The translations under genes were made by a program, and so were the position numbers. This document shows, in pieces, positions 14,988-23,971 of a stretch of DNA of 42,371 nt; position 1 is the stretch's first letter; every line of letters starts with the position of its first letter. The notes under the pieces are model-generated. The model was not told where the DNA came from, ran no database searches, and saw only the letters and a list, made by a program, of their open reading frames with translations. This DNA comes from a virus: the IMG/VR virus record IMGVR_UViG_3300017690_000001, positions 1 through 42,371 of that record. One strand, given 5' to 3'.

Positions 14988-15382
14988 ACCGTGAATGCCT
15001 CCCACGCCGCCACAGCCCCCAAAGCCACACACGCAAAAGCCCCGGCATCCTGCGCAGCCTGAAGGTACTCCAGTTGCCCTTCCTGCCAATGAGACTGCGT
15101 GTGGTCGGCACGCTTGATCTCGCAAACGAAGCTGGGTGAGGCAGGGATAACCACATCAGACGCTCCCGCCGCCATGCCCTCAGCCTTGTGCTTGACGACA
15201 GTCGAGAATTGCCCGCCCTGCTTCAGACCCTCGTTCCGCGGGTGCAGCACCAGCCGCCCCCAGGTTTCGGGATGCTCGCGGCGGATACGGTTGATGATCG
15301 AGGTTTGCTCGATATGCTCAAGGAAGCATTTACCGCGAAACGACTGGTCGCCGTAGACGGGTAGCCATGGGGGAAACTTCAT
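14969..15382 (-). CDS. VRR-NUC domain nuclease
   Basis: 137 aa. E..Q motif region, HPRNEG, GASDVVI and CEIKR (D...E.K) match the VRR-NUC layout. It is adjacent to the SF2 helicase, as in many phages. Confidence 0.75.
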   Translation of the reverse strand: MKFPPWLPVYGDQSFRGKCFLEHIEQTSIINRIRREHPETWGRLVLHPRNEGLKQGGQFSTVVKHKAEGMAAGASDVVIPASPSFVCEIKRADHTQSHWQEGQLEYLQAAQDAGAFACVALGAVAAWEAFTVWKSAL

Positions 15383-16014
15383 GCGACCTTCTCTGCAATA
15401 GAAATTAATAAATCACGAAAGGCTATAGGTGTGTGAATACGCGGACTGGAATCAGTACCGCCGCCTTTGCTTCCAACTTCTCCAAGCCGCTTCGCCCGAG
15501 CAAGTCCCATGCGTTCAATTACAGCAGGATCCAGCCGTGGTTCGCCAATACCCCAGTCAAGATCGGGAAGTTTACTCGGATGCACGCCGTAGACAACGAG
15601 CAGCGTAGGCTTGCGTGCATAGTGACCATATCGCCCTTGTTCGACGCAACAGGTCCAGCCGCCATCAAACAGACCAGAGCTGATCCAGCCACCTTCACGT
15701 GGCGGTACGGCGATGCCGAAATGCGGCCAGGCATGGCTGCCCCAAGGATGCTCGATCACCCCGCCAAATCTAGATGCGATACGGTGCGAGTGAGCGAAGC
15801 AACCGTTGTCGTCGCCCAATTTCTTCCTGACGCCGGTACGTTTTACTGTCAGCGGCTGCCCAAACCACATCTTGCCCCAGCGTGGGCACGGCGTGTGGCT
15901 AATAACCGGATGCGGTCCTTCGTAGCGACGAGCATCGCGCTTCTCGTCCCATGGGTCGATGCCGGGAATGCCGAAATAGGCGCCATCTGTTTCGACGTAG
16001 AGTGCTGCAATCAT
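15379..16014 (-). CDS. Conserved phage protein of unknown function (HTPCPRWG / EHPWGS motifs)
   Basis: 211 aa with ATGA overlaps on both sides. I recall similar motifs from other phage replication modules but cannot name a family. Confidence 0.7.
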   Translation of the reverse strand: MIAALYVETDGAYFGIPGIDPWDEKRDARRYEGPHPVISHTPCPRWGKMWFGQPLTVKRTGVRKKLGDDNGCFAHSHRIASRFGGVIEHPWGSHAWPHFGIAVPPREGGWISSGLFDGGWTCCVEQGRYGHYARKPTLLVVYGVHPSKLPDLDWGIGEPRLDPAVIERMGLARAKRLGEVGSKGGGTDSSPRIHTPIAFRDLLISIAEKVA

Positions 16015-17810
16015 GCCGCCATCTCCTGTACGGTGTCGGCCGGTTCGTTGAACGCCAGCACGCGAAAAAACCCGTTCATTTCCTTGACGTAACTAATCGT
16101 CTCGGGCTGCCCGTGGCGCGTTGCCTCGTCAAAGCGCTGCCAGTCCCTCTGGGCTTTCGCAAAGGTTGCTTCGGGCTGGTGAAAGGTGGCAAACCGCCGA
16201 TACGGCGTTACCCAATCTGCCCGCACTACCGGATTTCCACGCTGTGACACGGAATCCTTCCTAGACACAGAAAGTACGACATCAGTTTGCGGAGCATAGG
16301 GGTCCTTCTTCAGCGCTTCAAATTGCAGAACCAATCGGTCGTTCGGGTTGATGATTTCTGCCTTGCAGGACCGGCAGAAGCGTGCGGCAATGTCGTTCTT
16401 TTCGCCGCACGCCTCGCACTCTTTCGAGGTCCAATAATAGCCGCAGCGCTCGTACTCCGGGCCGATCTTGACCAGCCCGTTACAGCGCCGGCCGAAGTGT
16501 CCCGGCATGGGACCATATTCGGTTTCCACCCGCGCACCCCACACGTCGAGGCAGTAGCCATGCTTGTCGAGTTTGTATTGGGAACCGTCAGGCGTGGCGG
16601 TGAAATTGTTGGCATAGCCGCAGGAGGGGCATTCTGCCTCGATGCCGTCACCACCTTCAGCGGCCTTGCCTGCCTTGATAGTGGGTTTGTAGATGTCGCC
16701 ATCGGGGAAATGCCGTTCGACGTTGCCTGCATAGTCCAGCCACAGCGCGTCTCGCTTGCCTTCGAACAGCCGCCATGCCCTCCCCAGGATCTGCGTTAGC
16801 AGCGTGGCGGATTCGGTGAAGCGCAATACCGCGATGATCTCAGTCCACGGCGCGTCGAAGCCGGTGGTGAGCTTCCCGACACTGACGACGTAGCGGACCC
16901 GGTGCGCTTTGTAAGCCGCCACAGCCCGCTTCTCCGCGGCCGGGTCCATGTCGCCCGTCACCATGACGGAGTTACCCGGCGGCAGACTGGCCATGATTTC
17001 ATGCGCGTGCGCCACAGTGGCGGCAAAGAGCATCACACCACCCTTCCTGTGTTGAGCCTGCGTCACGACATCCGCCACCACATGCGCAGTCTGGCGTCCG
17101 TGGCCCACGAAAGCGCGTTCGACCGTCGAAGCATCTAGATGGCCGTTAGGCAGCAGGACAACCCCGGAGGTATCGTAAGCGTCCGTGTTAATCGCGCCGA
17201 CGACCATGGGTGTAATGTAGCCGGCATCCAGCATCTCGCGAGCGGACACCTGATACACTGCCTTGGTAAAATATGGGTCGCGGGTCAGATCGTCGCCGTT
17301 AACCTTGCCGTTCGGGTGTTGGCGAAAGATATAGCCACGCCCGAGGACGTAAGGCGTGCCTGTAAGACCCAGCACACGCAGGTTGGGATTGCCCACCCGC
17401 ATGGCGTCGATGATGGCGCGGATAGTGGGCGTCATGCCGTGGCACTCATCTACGACGACCGCACAATAACTGCCGTCGTTGAAGCGGCTGATGGCGTTCT
17501 TGACGGTGCCGGGGGTGGCAAATACGATGTTATGCCGGGTACTCTTTGCTCCAGCGCTGGCGGAAAAGATGGACGACTTATGCCCGGTCAGGTCCATCTT
17601 TTCCTTGTTCTGATGCACCAGTTTGGCATTTGGCGCGAGGCACAGGATGCGCTTGCCGCCGCTGATGGCGTGCAGCCGGTCAGCGATATGCGCGATCATG
17701 TGGCTCTTGCCGGCTGCGGGCGCTGCGTCGATCAGGCACGGGCTGGTGGTGGTCCGCATGTAGTCTAGGGCGGCGTTGCAGGCTGCTTGTTGGTAGGGGC
17801 GTAGCATCAC
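16011..17810 (-). CDS. SF2 (DEAD/DEAH-type) DNA helicase with C-terminal zinc ribbons
   Basis: RPYQ, Walker A APAAGKSH and Walker B VVVDECH. The C-terminal region carries CPSCG/CEACG/CRSCK zinc-ribbon pairs. Confidence 0.9.
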   Translation of the reverse strand: MMLRPYQQAACNAALDYMRTTTSPCLIDAAPAAGKSHMIAHIADRLHAISGGKRILCLAPNAKLVHQNKEKMDLTGHKSSIFSASAGAKSTRHNIVFATPGTVKNAISRFNDGSYCAVVVDECHGMTPTIRAIIDAMRVGNPNLRVLGLTGTPYVLGRGYIFRQHPNGKVNGDDLTRDPYFTKAVYQVSAREMLDAGYITPMVVGAINTDAYDTSGVVLLPNGHLDASTVERAFVGHGRQTAHVVADVVTQAQHRKGGVMLFAATVAHAHEIMASLPPGNSVMVTGDMDPAAEKRAVAAYKAHRVRYVVSVGKLTTGFDAPWTEIIAVLRFTESATLLTQILGRAWRLFEGKRDALWLDYAGNVERHFPDGDIYKPTIKAGKAAEGGDGIEAECPSCGYANNFTATPDGSQYKLDKHGYCLDVWGARVETEYGPMPGHFGRRCNGLVKIGPEYERCGYYWTSKECEACGEKNDIAARFCRSCKAEIINPNDRLVLQFEALKKDPYAPQTDVVLSVSRKDSVSQRGNPVVRADWVTPYRRFATFHQPEATFAKAQRDWQRFDEATRHGQPETISYVKEMNGFFRVLAFNEPADTVQEMAA

Positions 17811-18337
17811 AGCAGACCCGGATGGCTTGGCGCCGGCATATCTTTAGGCAACATTTGCCAAGCCCACAATCCACCCTTGGTGTAGCCTACGTGTTCGAAT
17901 CCTGCTTTCTTGTAGCAATAACCCCACATGGGCTTGCCTCTTACAATCGATGGCTTGACTCGTTTAGGGCAAACAAATGTTATGATTCCCAAATCAGGAG
18001 GCGACCATTTATTTCGGGTGTCGGCAATAGCAGCAATAATAAGTTCACTGGACAAACCGGCGTTTTCATTTCTAAAAAAAGTGTTTACCCAAGCACCCGC
18101 CCATGCATGCTTGACATATTCGGCAAAGGGCCACGACGTAACCCACACTGCCTTTTTGTCACTTCCAAGATCCCGCTTCAAAACATAGCATCGCCCAGGC
18201 GGTACAAACTGAGGCGAACCAATCTTTTGACGCGAATAATGACGGTCTGCCACGTCACAAGAAAACGGATCAGCCCTATGGCTTTCTTGCCAAATGCTCA
18301 CTTCAACCCCCAATAGCTCGACGGCTTCCCCGTCCAC
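17807..18337 (-). CDS. Conserved phage protein, possibly GNAT-fold (XF1762-like)
   Basis: 176 aa. RHYSRQ ... FRNENAGLSSELI ... GYCYKKAGF resembles a family I recall as XF1762-like. GC is visibly lower than in neighbouring genes. Confidence 0.6.
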   Translation of the reverse strand: MDGEAVELLGVEVSIWQESHRADPFSCDVADRHYSRQKIGSPQFVPPGRCYVLKRDLGSDKKAVWVTSWPFAEYVKHAWAGAWVNTFFRNENAGLSSELIIAAIADTRNKWSPPDLGIITFVCPKRVKPSIVRGKPMWGYCYKKAGFEHVGYTKGGLWAWQMLPKDMPAPSHPGLL

Positions 18338-19170
18338 TTCGACAAATCCGCCCCCGGCGCCAATTCCTTGATCGCTTTTCCGTAAGACACGGAGCCAGCG
18401 CGCGTGGTCAGCGTCAGCTTGCGGCCACCGAACACAGCGTTCCGCTCCCCCGCGAGCGCCACCATTTCCGCCAGCAAATCCTTGCGGCGTTCCGTTGCAA
18501 GGTCGATTGCTTCGGATAGCTGGTCGTATTCGGCCACCATGAGGGCGGCGGCGGGAGTGTCGATCACCGTCCGCAGTGGCTGAAGGTGATCTGGATTATC
18601 CAGTTCCTCGATATATTCAGCCCAGAATTGCTTCAGCCGCGGCAGATTTGAGGCCAGCCATTCCTCGTCACGGTGGATCAGCTTATTGCTGTAGCCGTGC
18701 GGCGACCACTGGAAAAACCAGCAAGCCGGATAGTTCGTGACGAATAGCTGCACCTGGATCTGCGCCATGTAATGCGGCAGATCGGCGGGTTGGATAAATG
18801 CTGGCGTCGGATCGTTGCGCAGGAAGTATGGGCACTTCACCTCGATAAGCTTGCCGTCGCTGACATAACCGTCTGGGCTAGCGCCAAGCCAATCTTCATA
18901 CGGTACGAACGGCGCGGGCGTCACAAGTTCGCTCGTTACCATCTCGAACTCTGCAATGGCATGCAATTCCATTGCGGTTCCCCAAGCCACCGGCGGCGGC
19001 ACTGGATCGGGAAATTCGCTAGGAGCCCCCATGGCTTCGCGAACCATCGCACGCATCACTGCATCGCGCGTGGTAAAAGGCGAGATGCCAAGGATGCCGC
19101 CAACGGAACTGCCCGTGACGCGGCCCTTGCGGGCGGCGAACCATTCGGAGGAGCGTTGGGGGGCGGTCAT
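18298..19170 (-). CDS. YqaJ/lambda-Exo-type recombination exonuclease
   Basis: RSSEWFAARKGRVTGSSVGGILGISPF is the YqaJ N-terminal signature. 290 aa with a C-terminal extension. Confidence 0.85.
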   Translation of the reverse strand: MTAPQRSSEWFAARKGRVTGSSVGGILGISPFTTRDAVMRAMVREAMGAPSEFPDPVPPPVAWGTAMELHAIAEFEMVTSELVTPAPFVPYEDWLGASPDGYVSDGKLIEVKCPYFLRNDPTPAFIQPADLPHYMAQIQVQLFVTNYPACWFFQWSPHGYSNKLIHRDEEWLASNLPRLKQFWAEYIEELDNPDHLQPLRTVIDTPAAALMVAEYDQLSEAIDLATERRKDLLAEMVALAGERNAVFGGRKLTLTTRAGSVSYGKAIKELAPGADLSKWTGKPSSYWGLK

Positions 19171-19469
19171 GACCGAACTTTCTTTGCCAGAGCGGCTAAC
19201 TGACTTTCAGGCTCAAGTTTTCTTATGCGATCTGATGCTTCAGCAAGAGCCATCGCGATAGAACTGCCTGTTGTAGCGCCTACAATTTCTCTAACGTGCT
19301 GACACACACTTGCAGACGCCTTTACGCCGTCGCGATAGCCAACACGAAAAGAAGCATTATCCGCAGCGGTTAAAGCGCGAGCAGCCTCGTTTAATAATCG
19401 CTGTGTTCTCCAATCGTCTTTCAAGCGATCAGAACCAGCGGCGTAATGAAGGCGGTTTACTAAGTTCAT
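19167..19469 (-). CDS. Hypothetical protein (100 aa), low-GC
   Basis: ATGA-coupled at both ends. Confidence 0.55.
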   Translation of the reverse strand: MNLVNRLHYAAGSDRLKDDWRTQRLLNEAARALTAADNASFRVGYRDGVKASASVCQHVREIVGATTGSSIAMALAEASDRIRKLEPESQLAALAKKVRS

Positions 19470-19639
19470 GGCCTATTTTTCCAATCGCATGCTTTCTGGG
19501 CTTCAGCCTTGGTGGCATACCAGCCATCGCAAATCCTAGTGCGCATACCGTCGCTGGTCGGCGTCCATTCAATAATGAACCACGGATGTATTCCGCCATT
19601 TTCTAGTTTCGCTACGCGGCAACTGTCTTGCGCCATCAT
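19466..19639 (-). CDS. Hypothetical protein (57 aa), not in ORF track
   Basis: Hand translation gives MMAQDSCRVAKLENGGIHPWFIIEWTPTSDGMRTRICDGWYATKAEAQKACDWKNRP. ATGA overlaps at both ends. Confidence 0.45.
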   Translation of the reverse strand: MMAQDSCRVAKLENGGIHPWFIIEWTPTSDGMRTRICDGWYATKAEAQKACDWKNRP

Positions 19640-19935
19640 TCCGACTCCCGAACAGCAAGCATGGCGTCAGCCAGCAAGTACGCATTCCGTGCAACGTGCA
19701 AGGCACTTTCAAACTGATGCGAGCCATCAGCATATTGTGCTGCAATGACTTGCAGCGCCGCCTTGGCAAATTCATCACGCAGCGATCTAGCGGGCGCTTC
19801 CGCATAGAGCGGAGTTACAACGCCTTTCATTATACGTGCTTGGTCACGCGCAGTTGGTTCGTCATCGTGGCAATGCACGTACATGCTCTTGCCTTTGGTC
19901 CATTTGACCATCCACGCAATTGGTCTAGCTATCAT
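19636..19935 (-). CDS. Hypothetical protein (99 aa)
   Basis: Internal ATG (MIARPIAWMVKW...) after a purine-rich leader. The longer start would overlap the upstream gene. Confidence 0.5.
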   Translation of the reverse strand: MIARPIAWMVKWTKGKSMYVHCHDDEPTARDQARIMKGVVTPLYAEAPARSLRDEFAKAALQVIAAQYADGSHQFESALHVARNAYLLADAMLAVRESE

Positions 19936-19963
19936 CTCTTCTCTCCACTCTTCCTCATCCTCG

Positions 19964-19988
19964 CGCCGCCCTTTGCTACGGGGCGGCG
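19964..19988 (-). other. GC hairpin (8-bp stem cgccgccc/gggcggcg, 9-nt loop) in an intergenic gap
   Basis: Inverted repeat read directly. No U-tract. Confidence 0.35.
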
Positions 19989-20003
19989 TCCGGTCAGGGG
20001 TGG

Positions 20004-20183
20004 TTAAGCAGGATGCTTCCAATGTGTGGGACGATAATAGACGTACATCGACCCGTCAGCCTGCCACCACAAATTACCCTTGCGCATAAGCTGCTGCTCA
20101 TTGCGGCAACCGTTTGCATCGTCAATTTTGGTATCAAGCGGAATGCCTTCCGGCGAAGCCGCTGTGTGCCACTGCTGTTTCAT
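20004..20183 (-). CDS. DUF551-like mini-protein (59 aa), not in ORF track
   Basis: GAGGGGGAAG SD + ATG. Hand translation gives MKQQWHTAASPEGIPLD...YYRPTHWKHPA, which has the W...P...THW pattern. Confidence 0.5.
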   Translation of the reverse strand: MKQQWHTAASPEGIPLDTKIDDANGCRNEQQLMRKGNLWWQADGSMYVYYRPTHWKHPA

Positions 20184-20195
20184 TGTACTTCCCCC

Positions 20196-20771
20196 TCAAA
20201 ACGGAACGTCGTCGTCCAGATCTTCTGCAAAACCCTGGGTCGGCTTCGGCTTCGCCTTACTCTGCACTTCGGTCACCGGCGCAGACTTCGGCTTTACCGC
20301 CTGCACCCAATTTCCCCCAGGCGTCTTGCCGCCTGCGCCATCGTCCTTGTCCCACACGCCAAGCGTCAGCACAGCTTGCGAGTTGGTCAGCGCAAGCGCC
20401 AACTCATCGTCAGTGGGGGCGGTAGTCAGCTTTGCCAGTCGGCCCTTGCTGTTGGCGTCGATCGCCATCAGCATCTTCTTGTGCTTGTCGCGCTTGGCGG
20501 GCATCTTTTCGGGCGGGGTGTTGGGATCGGCATCCGATACGAACAGCTTCTGGAACAGAATGCGGCCTGCATAAGCTTCCGGCTTCACGACCTGCCACTT
20601 GACGTTCACGAACTTCTCGTCGCGCTGATAGACGGCCTTCCATGCCGCATCTGCCACCAAAGCCAGCACGGACGTGCCCTTTGGCAGGGGTTCGAAGTCA
20701 CCGCCACCGGCGTTGTATTCCTTCTCGGTGCTGACGGCGCTACCGCCTTCGCTAAGATCCCAAAACGACAT
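20196..20771 (-). CDS. Single-stranded DNA-binding protein (DUF669-like) with SSB-type acidic tip
   Basis: 191 aa ending in EDLDDDVPF (compare bacterial SSB DDDIPF). It lies directly downstream of the Sak4-like ATPase, the usual DUF669 context. Confidence 0.8.
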   Translation of the reverse strand: MSFWDLSEGGSAVSTEKEYNAGGGDFEPLPKGTSVLALVADAAWKAVYQRDEKFVNVKWQVVKPEAYAGRILFQKLFVSDADPNTPPEKMPAKRDKHKKMLMAIDANSKGRLAKLTTAPTDDELALALTNSQAVLTLGVWDKDDGAGGKTPGGNWVQAVKPKSAPVTEVQSKAKPKPTQGFAEDLDDDVPF

Positions 20772-20772
20772 A

Positions 20773-21573
20773 TTATGCTTCCTCTTCTTCGTTGACAGTG
20801 GTCGCGGCGGCAGGAGCGGCGCGCTCCTTCATCCAGCGGTAAATCGGGTTCTCGCCAAACTCGAACGGCAGATCCTCTGTGATGCCCATGCGGTTCTTGC
20901 TAACGTTTGCGGGGGTGAGATACGCCACCAGCACGCGGTTGTTGGTGGTGATAGCCTTCTTCTGGCCTTCCTCACCCTTGAGGATGGTTTCCTGCTTGAT
21001 GAAGCCGACCAGATCGACGCTATCGACATAATGCCGGATCGACTTCTTGTGCAGGCGGAGGCTGTGCGATGTGTACCCCTCGCTGTCCGGCGGCTCCAGA
21101 CGGATGATGTCGGAATGCGCGATGAAGATCGTGGACATACCGCGGTCACGGCGCAGGATCTCTGCCATCTTGCGCACCCGGCCGTGCATCGCGGCAACGG
21201 CTTCATAGCCGGCGCCATAGCCGCCAAGCGCAGTGGCCAACGTGTTCTTGCCGCTGTCCTTCATCACCTGATTTGCGAACATCTCGTCCAGACCGGACGT
21301 GCTATCCACGATCAGCGTGGAAAAGTCGTGCTCGTCTTCGTGTAGAGCCTTGAGTTGCGTCCACAGCTCGGCTGCATCTGCCATAGGCTCTTCAGGGCCG
21401 GCAGGCAGGCGGGCATCGGGAATATCGCTGGGGACGTTCTCACCCTCGGTCCTCAGCAGGTACGGCTTACGGAAGGTGCAGGCGAGGGACGATTTTCCGG
21501 TATTGGGACCGCCTACCAGCGTTGCGATCAAGGGGCGCCGGGTCGATACCCGGCCAGTGGCAAGGACGCTCAT
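20773..21573 (-). CDS. Sak4-like RecA-fold ATPase (AAA_24 family)
   Basis: Walker A GGPNTGKSS and Walker B LIVDS. Length and downstream SSB are typical of AAA_24/Sak4. Confidence 0.85.
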   Translation of the reverse strand: MSVLATGRVSTRRPLIATLVGGPNTGKSSLACTFRKPYLLRTEGENVPSDIPDARLPAGPEEPMADAAELWTQLKALHEDEHDFSTLIVDSTSGLDEMFANQVMKDSGKNTLATALGGYGAGYEAVAAMHGRVRKMAEILRRDRGMSTIFIAHSDIIRLEPPDSEGYTSHSLRLHKKSIRHYVDSVDLVGFIKQETILKGEEGQKKAITTNNRVLVAYLTPANVSKNRMGITEDLPFEFGENPIYRWMKERAAPAAATTVNEEEEA

Positions 21574-21658
21574 TTGGTTTCCTTTCTCTCTTGCGGGGTT
21601 GCTTATGAACGCGGCTCGCGTTAGTAGTCAAGCAACAATTTTAGCGCGAGGGAAAAAC
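21574..21658. promoter_or_regulatory. Divergent promoter region with nested palindromes
   Basis: aacgcg-gct-cgcgtt (21608-21622) is nested inside gttgctt...aagcaac (21598-21636). Minus-strand TTGACT (21626-21631) is followed 17 nt later by TCATAA (21603-21608). Confidence 0.45.
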
Positions 21659-21832
21659 ATGCTGACGCCCACCGACATCAAGGACAAGCTGGAGGATCGC
21701 AATTTGATGGAGGTAAGCCGGCGCAGCGGCGTGCCTTATATGAAGATTTACAACCTCATTAAGCGGGGCAACGAGCCGACATATGCGACTGTAAAGGCGC
21801 TATCCGACTACCTCCAGGGGTCGGCGGCATGA
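21659..21832 (+). CDS. Small XRE/Cro-type HTH protein (57 aa)
   Basis: GAGGGA SD + ATG. NLMEVSRRSGVPYMKIYNLIKRGNEPTYATVKAL is an HTH. ATGA-coupled to the primase gene. Confidence 0.6.
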   Translation: MLTPTDIKDKLEDRNLMEVSRRSGVPYMKIYNLIKRGNEPTYATVKALSDYLQGSAA

Positions 21833-23961
21833 AAGGTCACGACTTCGACGCCATCAAGCAGAATTACCCGCTTGATGAGGTGATTGGTCGCACAATCAAG
21901 CTGCGCAAACACAGCGGCTGGTATGAGGGATTATGTCCGTTCCACAACGAGAACAGCCCGAGCCTGAAGTTCAAAGAATCGGATGAGCATTGGCATTGCT
22001 TCGGCTGCGGCGCGCATGGTGATGTGATCGATTTCGTTTCCAAGATCGAGCACATTACCATTGCCGAGGCCGTGGGCCGATTGACCGGCGGTCAGTCTAT
22101 CGAGCTGTCCGATACCGACCGGCAGAAGCGCAAGGAATGGCTGGCGGCGCAGGAAGCCATTGCCCAGCAGCTACGCAAAGCCGCCATCGAGCAGGCGAAC
22201 CGTCGATGGGATCGGGCGCGCGACGTTGAAGGCACGCAAGGCTATCTGGAGCGTAAGCATGTTGCGCCATGCGGGGCACGTATGGAGGGTGATAATCTCC
22301 TTGTGCCGATGTGGGACGCCAATGGCGACATCATCAACGTCCAGTCGATCGCGCCGGACGGCACCAAGCGGTTCCAGAAGGACGCACCCACAGTCGGCGC
22401 GCGCTTCTACATCGGCATAGGTTTCGGCCGCGTCACGATCTGTGAGGGGTTCGCCACAGGCGCATCCATCTATGAGGCCGTGCCCGACAAGGTGTGCATC
22501 GCCTTCAGCGCGGGTCAGGTCGAGAATATCGCACGCGAGATGATCGCCGCCGGTGTTGGCGTGGTTATCGCTGCGGATCGCAAGGGCCTGTCCGCCATGG
22601 AGCAGCTTGGTGCGGAACTGGGGGTGCCGGTCATTGCTCCGCCGCAGCTTGCCAGCGGGGACGACGACTTCAACGGCCAGATGATTGAGCAGGGTGTCGA
22701 GGCCGTCGCCGCGACGTTCCGGCAAGGTTTGATAGATTTCGCAAACCGTCCCGAGCCGCCGGCCGCAGCGCCGCCATGCGCTATCTCGTTCGTGGATGCC
22801 ATGGACTTCAAGGAAGCGGACATACCGTTGCGCCCGTGGATCATTCCCGGTGCGTTGCTGGCAGGATCCACGCACATCCTTGCAGCGCCTGGTGGCACCG
22901 GCAAGTCGGTGTTTACGCTTCAGATGGCTTTGATGCTGGCGGCAGGTAAGCCGTGGGGAAAATGGCAGCCCAAGCGCAAGTGCCGCGTGCTGGTCATCAA
23001 CGCAGAGGACGACATTCATGAACAGCGACGGCGCATGGTTGCCGCTCGATCGGTCATGGAGTTCGACGCGGATCGTGGCATGATTATGCTGGCGGATGCG
23101 CCGGAAAATATTTTGATGTCACAGCCCGACGAGAAGAAAAAGATGCTGGTTGCCACGCCGCTGGTCGATCAGCTTGTCGATGTCATCAAGCACCATAAGA
23201 TTGACGTGGTGATCGTGGATCCGTTCGCGGAGACGTTTGACGGCGACGAGAATAGCAACGGTGATACCAAGTGGGCGATGAAAATATGGCGTGACAAGAT
23301 CGCCCGGCCGACAGGTGCCGCGGTCTATCTGGTGCATCACACCACCAAGGGGTCTGAGGACAAGGCGGGCAGCGCGGACGTGATTCGTGGTGGTGGCGCC
23401 ATCGTCAATTCGGCGCGACTGGCGGCAACGCTGTTCGTGATGTCCAAGACAGAAGCCAGCGACCTCAGCGTTAAAGAGGAAAACCGCTTCCGCTATGTTC
23501 GGTACGACGATGCAAAATCCAACAATTCGCTGATTGGTGGACGTACGTGGTTCGAGAAGATTTCCGTGGTGCTTCAGAACGGCCCGCGCGACGACAGCGA
23601 GGGCGGTGATGAGGTCGGGGCGCTGAAGCCGTGGTATCCGGACGGTATCGCGGCATATTCGCCGGACGCAGTTCTGCGGCTGCTATCGGCCATGGAAGAT
23701 GGCTTTGTCGAGGAAGACGGCACAGCCACCGACATGCCGTTCGGCAAGTCCAAGGCTAACAATTCCAAGCGCTGGATCGGCTATCTGATTGCCGACATGA
23801 TGGGCACCGAAGAAGCCGAATCCCGCAAGCTGCTAGCGCATTTGATGGAAGCTGGCGTCGTGTCGGAGTGCGAGTTTCGTGACCCTATCCAAGGGCGCGC
23901 AGCGAAGGGTTTGCAGGTCAATCGAGAAGCCGCAAATCGTGTTTTGAGCATTACCTCATAA
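21829..23961 (+). CDS. Bifunctional DnaG-type primase / RepA-like (RecA-fold) replicative helicase
   Basis: CHC2 zinc finger CPFHNENSPSLKF...HCFGCGAHGDVIDF, a Toprim-like centre, and Walker A APGGTGKS plus VIVDPF in the C-terminal half. Confidence 0.9.
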   Translation: MKGHDFDAIKQNYPLDEVIGRTIKLRKHSGWYEGLCPFHNENSPSLKFKESDEHWHCFGCGAHGDVIDFVSKIEHITIAEAVGRLTGGQSIELSDTDRQKRKEWLAAQEAIAQQLRKAAIEQANRRWDRARDVEGTQGYLERKHVAPCGARMEGDNLLVPMWDANGDIINVQSIAPDGTKRFQKDAPTVGARFYIGIGFGRVTICEGFATGASIYEAVPDKVCIAFSAGQVENIAREMIAAGVGVVIAADRKGLSAMEQLGAELGVPVIAPPQLASGDDDFNGQMIEQGVEAVAATFRQGLIDFANRPEPPAAAPPCAISFVDAMDFKEADIPLRPWIIPGALLAGSTHILAAPGGTGKSVFTLQMALMLAAGKPWGKWQPKRKCRVLVINAEDDIHEQRRRMVAARSVMEFDADRGMIMLADAPENILMSQPDEKKKMLVATPLVDQLVDVIKHHKIDVVIVDPFAETFDGDENSNGDTKWAMKIWRDKIARPTGAAVYLVHHTTKGSEDKAGSADVIRGGGAIVNSARLAATLFVMSKTEASDLSVKEENRFRYVRYDDAKSNNSLIGGRTWFEKISVVLQNGPRDDSEGGDEVGALKPWYPDGIAAYSPDAVLRLLSAMEDGFVEEDGTATDMPFGKSKANNSKRWIGYLIADMMGTEEAESRKLLAHLMEAGVVSECEFRDPIQGRAAKGLQVNREAANRVLSITS

Positions 23962-23971
23962 TCTCTATATC

